From: Spirochaetia bacterium
GTDB lineage: Bacteria > Spirochaetota > Spirochaetia > CADAEX01
Assembly: GCA_963662265.2 (NCBI GenBank)
Contig: CAXXHA010000039.1
Location: forward strand, 24,598-88,597
Reading direction: 5' to 3'
DNA: 64,000 nt
In this document: positions 59,553-64,000 of the stretch, in pieces
Layout: the number at the start of each line of letters is the position of its first letter
Numbering within the stretch: position 1 is the first letter of the stretch
The notes under the pieces: generated by a model
The model's database searches: none
What the model was told of the DNA's origin: nothing
Seen by the model: only the letters and a program-made list of their open reading frames with translations
Translations under genes and position numbers: made by a program

Positions 59553-60257
59553 TTAATAATTTTTTAAACGTTCAAGTAGCATGTCTGCCCATTTTTTTAC
59601 ATTGGGGCTGTAATTACCCTCTTTTATCTTGATAATTGATCTGAATATGAAAAAAGGATCAGGTTCTTCTTCGAACCCGCCGTTCTTTTTTGCTATTTTT
59701 TCAATGGCAAGAAGGGATGCTATTGCAAGATTGTCATCAACTCTGAGTTTGTTTGCATCAGCGTCAATAACCTGTGCAATGGCTTCAAGCGACTGGTTGT
59801 TTTCGTTCAGCCCGATAATTCCCAGTGCATACACAGCCTGTGAAAGAACCATTGTCTCATCATCTTTGCGTGTTATGTCAATGAGAGTGTCTCTTGAAAT
59901 TTCTCCGCCAAGTTCACCAAGGAGCTTGCATGCTCTTCTTCTCACTTCGGGATAGTAGTTTACTTTTCTTCTGTTTTCCGTTACTACCGATTTAATACCT
60001 TCGCCTGAAAGACTGTCAAGAATGTTGTGGATAGCAGGATCCCCTTTCTTGATTTTGCCGTCAGCAAACATATCCTCAATGCTTTCGATTGCTGCAAGCT
60101 TCTGGTCTCTTGTGTCTGATGTTGCAAGCTCTTTGATGATGCTTACTTCAACGCTTGTACTGAGGTATTTTTCTTCAACTGTCTGTTCATCATCCTGTGA
60201 TGCAACAGCTGATATCAGAAGTGCAGACAGCATTGTTACAAATATAATCTTTTTCAT
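59553..60257 (-). CDS. Secreted HEAT-repeat protein
   Basis: Signal peptide; PEVRRRACKLLGELG, VLSQAVYALG. Confidence 0.8.
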   Translation of the reverse strand: MKKIIFVTMLSALLISAVASQDDEQTVEEKYLSTSVEVSIIKELATSDTRDQKLAAIESIEDMFADGKIKKGDPAIHNILDSLSGEGIKSVVTENRRKVNYYPEVRRRACKLLGELGGEISRDTLIDITRKDDETMVLSQAVYALGIIGLNENNQSLEAIAQVIDADANKLRVDDNLAIASLLAIEKIAKKNGGFEEEPDPFFIFRSIIKIKEGNYSPNVKKWADMLLERLKNY

Positions 60258-60278
60258 CGTATTACTCCAAAAATATGT

Positions 60279-60836
60279 TTATAGTCCAATTTTCCAGTGA
60301 TCATCAATGTATTTCAGGTTATAAAGCACAACCGGTTCACCATCAATATTCATATAAGCTTTAACATTATTATCATCTATAAATGATATATCATCAAGGC
60401 TTACATCAGATCTGCTCGGGACAACAACATACTTGAAGTAATCATTCATAGACCTGATAGTTATATTGTATTTTTTCAGTGTCGGTGTGTTGGAAATAGC
60501 TTTTAAATTGTTCGGGTCGCTGTAATATGCTATATATTCTTTTGTGAGATGATTTTTCCATTGTGTGAAATTCTGATCTCTGATTATTTTGTTAAGCGTC
60601 TCTATGAGTTTTTCTATATCAGTAAATGTTTTTGTATAAGTCTCTTCCGAGACCTGAAAACTTTCAGGTTCAGCCGGTTTTTCTTCAGCCGGAAGAACAT
60701 TTTCTTCAACAGCAGGTTTTTCAGGAACTGTTTTTTCTGTTGTTCCGCATGCTGTAAATAACGATAATATTAATAATACAATTATTAAATTAGCAAATAA
60801 ACATTTAAGTTTGTCCATATCCCTTGTACCTTTCAT
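60279..60836 (-). CDS. Hypothetical lipoprotein
   Basis: Lipobox FTAC; DYF.YVVVPSR, C-terminal WKI. Confidence 0.7.
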   Translation of the reverse strand: MKGTRDMDKLKCLFANLIIVLLILSLFTACGTTEKTVPEKPAVEENVLPAEEKPAEPESFQVSEETYTKTFTDIEKLIETLNKIIRDQNFTQWKNHLTKEYIAYYSDPNNLKAISNTPTLKKYNITIRSMNDYFKYVVVPSRSDVSLDDISFIDDNNVKAYMNIDGEPVVLYNLKYIDDHWKIGL

Positions 60837-60917
60837 AATATAACATTATATTATTTTACAGCTATTTGTCAAAACAAAATTATTTTTTTATACATAGTAT
60901 ATTTACAGGATTATTTA

Positions 60918-61403
60918 ATGGTTAAAGCAATATTTCCGGGATCTTTTGATCCTCCTACAAACGGACACATTAATGTAATTGAACGGGCTGCAAAAATATT
61001 TGAAGAGCTGATAGTTGTTATTTCAGTAAATCCTCAGAAAAAATACTTTTTTGATGCTGAGGAAAGATATTATATGCTTAAAGAGATTATAAAAAGTTAT
61101 GACAATGTACATCTTCACATGTGGGACAAGCTGATTGTTGATTTTGCTGAAAAAAAAGGGGCAAAAGTCATTGTCAGGGGTGTTAGATCTCTAACTGATT
61201 TTCCATATGAACTTGAACTTTCAATGATTAATAAAGGACTTAAGTCGCATATTGATACACTCTTTATTCCAACAGACCCAAGGTATTCACTTTTAAGGTC
61301 ATCAGCAATCAAGGAACTTGCCTCGTTCGGAGGGGATATTTCCCAGATGGTTCCCGAAAATGTGGAAAAGGCAATAAAAGAACGGCTGGAGATGAGTTCT
61401 TGA
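60918..61403 (+). CDS. coaD: Phosphopantetheine adenylyltransferase
   Basis: FPGSFDPPTNGH, IVRGVR, SSAIKE. Confidence 0.96.
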   Translation: MVKAIFPGSFDPPTNGHINVIERAAKIFEELIVVISVNPQKKYFFDAEERYYMLKEIIKSYDNVHLHMWDKLIVDFAEKKGAKVIVRGVRSLTDFPYELELSMINKGLKSHIDTLFIPTDPRYSLLRSSAIKELASFGGDISQMVPENVEKAIKERLEMSS

Positions 61404-61428
61404 CAATTATTTTCCTATACGGTATCTT
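61400..61428 (+). promoter_or_regulatory. Sigma70 promoter for rpmF-acpP-rnc
   Basis: TTGACA-17 bp-TATCTT. Confidence 0.6.
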
Positions 61429-61596
61429 TTTCTGAAATTAATAGATTATTCATCTCGCTGTGAATGGGTGATGTATTAATTTTTTAAAACGGTAGAGCAA
61501 ATTGTTAAAGCAGTTGCAATAAACTGGAAGGCAGAAATCCGACTGTTAAGACAGGAACAGGACTGTTTTATTATAGAATAACATGAGAGGTTAAAA

Positions 61597-61785
61597 ATGG
61601 CGGTACCTAAACGAAAAACTTCAAAAGCAAAAACCAGAGGAAGAAAAGCTATCAACATGAAGATGACTGCACCGGGGCTTACAGAGTGCAGCACTTGCGG
61701 AAATAAGGTTGTTCCGCACAGAGTTTGCCCAAAATGTGGATTTTATAAAGGAAAACAGTATTTAGAGCTTGAAGAAATCGCCTAA
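61597..61785 (+). CDS. rpmF: 50S ribosomal protein L32
   Basis: MAVPKRKTSKA, CSTC..PHRVCPKCGFYKG. Confidence 0.97.
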   Translation: MAVPKRKTSKAKTRGRKAINMKMTAPGLTECSTCGNKVVPHRVCPKCGFYKGKQYLELEEIA

Positions 61786-61863
61786 ATAATATATAAGTTT
61801 TTTCTTTTTTCAGCAGCTTATTAAAAAAAGCTGAAATAGATCCAAAATAACAGGAGAAAAATA

Positions 61864-62100
61864 ATGGACGAACTTTTTGAAAAGGTAAAAAAAATTATAG
61901 CTGAAAAACTTGATGTTGAAGAAGCAAAGATTACAGCTGAAGCATCTTTCAGACAGGATCTTGGTGCAGACAGTCTTGATACTTATGAGCTTGTTTATGC
62001 TCTTGAAGAAGAAATGGGAATCCAGATTCCTGATGAAAAAGCTAATGAATTTGAAACTGTAGGCGATGCTGTCGAATTTATCAGATCAGCTGCTAACTAA
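61864..62100 (+). CDS. acpP: Acyl carrier protein
   Basis: DLGADSLDTYELVYALEEE. Confidence 0.97.
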   Translation: MDELFEKVKKIIAEKLDVEEAKITAEASFRQDLGADSLDTYELVYALEEEMGIQIPDEKANEFETVGDAVEFIRSAAN

Positions 62101-62107
62101 GATTGGT

Positions 62108-62878
62108 GTGTTGAATTTTCAAAAAAGTTTAAAACTCAAGTCACCGCAGGTAAGCAGTGCAAGAAAAAAAGAGCTTTTACTATTTGAAAATCATGCAGGC
62201 TTAAGGTTCAGGAAACTTGATTTTCTGAACCTTGCTTTTTGTCATAGGTCATATGCAAATGAAAGCCATGATGATATTGATAATAATGAGAAGCTTGAAT
62301 TCCTCGGGGATTCAGTTCTTGGGCTGATTACCAGCGAATATCTCTTTTATCTTCTTCCTGAAGGCGCGGAAGGCGATCTTGCCAGGATTAAAAGCTTTGT
62401 TGTAAGTGAAAACAGTCTTAGTTCCATTGCCAAATCAATTAAAGTTGATAATTTTATTCTGATCGGAAAAGGCGAGGAATACTCAGGCGGCCGGAATAAA
62501 AAAGCAATACTTGCAGACTGTATGGAAGCTATAATCGGGGCATATTATCTTGATTCAGGTCTTAAGGCAGTAAGATCGTTCATACTGAAGCATCTTATAC
62601 CTGAGATAATAAAAGTCCTTGAAAACAAACATGAGAAGGATTATAAGACACTGCTTCAGGAATTTGTGCAGAAGCGTTACAAAACATATCCCAAGTATAA
62701 ACTCATAAAGAAAATAGGCCCTGACCATGACAGGACATTTCTTGTTGAAGTGCGTGTCAAGGACAAGGTATTCGGCCCTGGAGAGGGGAAGAATAAAAAG
62801 TCTGCAGAGCAGAATGCTGCAAGCATAGCCTATAAAAACTATGTGAAAAGCGCTGAGTCAAATACTCTGCATTCCTGA
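62108..62878 (+). CDS. rnc: Ribonuclease III
   Basis: HRSY.NE, NEKLEFLGDSVL, LAD..EA..GA.YLD, DYKTLLQE dsRBD; start codon uncertain. Confidence 0.96.
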   Translation: MLNFQKSLKLKSPQVSSARKKELLLFENHAGLRFRKLDFLNLAFCHRSYANESHDDIDNNEKLEFLGDSVLGLITSEYLFYLLPEGAEGDLARIKSFVVSENSLSSIAKSIKVDNFILIGKGEEYSGGRNKKAILADCMEAIIGAYYLDSGLKAVRSFILKHLIPEIIKVLENKHEKDYKTLLQEFVQKRYKTYPKYKLIKKIGPDHDRTFLVEVRVKDKVFGPGEGKNKKSAEQNAASIAYKNYVKSAESNTLHS

Positions 62879-63057
62879 TTACTAAATAATAAAATTTACA
62901 GATACTATTTTACTCATTAACAATATGTTTCATTAAGCAAAACATCAGTAGATTCAGTTTTATCAGCACTTTTAAAAAGTAATGGTTAAACTGCTGTTTT
63001 TTTTATATAATCAACAGGTAAATTATAGAAAAATGAAAAAGACCTTCTGGAGAGAAA

Positions 63058-64000
63058 ATGATAACCGGTGAAATCAAAAACAAAGTCGACAAAATATGGG
63101 AAATCTTCTGGACAGGCGGTATTGCAAACCCCCTCTCTGTAATAGAGCAGATAACTTACCTTCTTTACATAAAAGGTCTTGATGACAAACAGACTGACAT
63201 GGAAGCAAATGCCCAGCTTCTGGGAACAGAGCTGGATAAAATCTTTCCTGATAATCAGCCTGAATTAAGGTGGAAGAATTTCAAGCAGATGGACGCCAAG
63301 TCCATGTTTGAAACAATGACAAATAAAGTTTTTCCGTTTATTAAAAATATGGACAGCAATTCGGATTCTGCCTATTCCCGCTACATGAAGGATGCAATCT
63401 TTCTGATTCCAACCCCTCAGCTTCTTGAAAAAATAATAACAAACCTTGAAAGCCTTCCGCTTAAAGAACGGGATACCAAAGGCGATTTATACGAATATCT
63501 TTTATCAAAAGTATCAACTTCCGGCACTAACGGGCAGTTTAGAACTCCAAGGCATATAATCAAAATGATGGTCGAGCTAATGAGACCGGCTTCAGATGAT
63601 ATTATTGTTGATCCGGCTGCAGGATCTGCCGGATTTCTGGTAGCAGCAGGTGAGTATCTGGTCGATAATAACGATGACCTCTTTACTATTCAGGAAGTAA
63701 AGGAACACTACGGCAACAACATGTTCCACGGTTATGACATGGACAGCACCATGCTCCGTATAGGGGCAATGAACATGATGCTTCACGGAGTTGAACACCC
63801 AAAAATTGAATACCGTGATTCATTATCTCAGGTAAACACAGATGAAGAGAAATTTACTCTTGTTCTTGCAAATCCTCCTTTCAAGGGGTCGCTTGACTAT
63901 GAGGCAGTATCTGCTGATCTTCTTAAAGTATGCAAAACAAAAAAGACAGAACTTCTTTTCTTATCCCTTTTCCTTAGAATTTTAAAAAAAGGGGGCAGGG
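63058..64000 (+). CDS. hsdM: Type I restriction-modification methyltransferase, truncated by the window end
   Basis: Translated by hand: MITGEIKNKVDKIWEIFWTGGIANPL..GDLYEYLL..NGQFRTPRHII..DPAAGSAGFL..LANPPFKG. Confidence 0.93.
   Translation, partial: MITGEIKNKVDKIWEIFWTGGIANPLSVIEQITYLLYIKGLDDKQTDMEANAQLLGTELDKIFPDNQPELRWKNFKQMDAKSMFETMTNKVFPFIKNMDSNSDSAYSRYMKDAIFLIPTPQLLEKIITNLESLPLKERDTKGDLYEYLLSKVSTSGTNGQFRTPRHIIKMMVELMRPASDDIIVDPAAGSAGFLVAAGEYLVDNNDDLFTIQEVKEHYGNNMFHGYDMDSTMLRIGAMNMMLHGVEHPKIEYRDSLSQVNTDEEKFTLVLANPPFKGSLDYEAVSADLLKVCKTKKTELLFLSLFLRILKKGGR

Overview
About 64 kb of a bacterial chromosome, most likely a free-living spirochaete. The evidence is spirochaete-like synteny: PUR-domain gene/rnhB/short smc, ffh-rpsP-khpA-rimM-trmD-rplS, and coaD-rpmF-acpP-rnc. 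The left ~45 kb holds accessory, metabolic and signalling genes: msrAB, Nudix enzymes, an MCP, an adenylate cyclase, a TetR-nitroreductase unit, a GntR-LarA-split UxaA(SuyAB-like)-GntP operon, a citrate lyase cluster with a two-component system and flavoprotein, a defective IS200, an apparent Pfs-LuxS fusion, and a vWA-kinase-regulator operon behind three structured 76-bp tandem repeats. A tRNA-Gly(TCC) marks the start of core genes, and the window ends inside a type I R-M hsdM. Several genes (smc, rimM, a DMT transporter, a nitroreductase) are broken by single-base indels in homopolymers, which suggests assembly errors and weakens any fusion or pseudogene call. The best leads are the vWA/HK/RR module with its repeat leader, the LarA + SuyAB-like operon with a perfect 40-bp palindromic operator, the Pfs-LuxS ORF, and twin covarying hairpins upstream of rplS. 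All family assignments come from motif recognition by eye; no database search was run.
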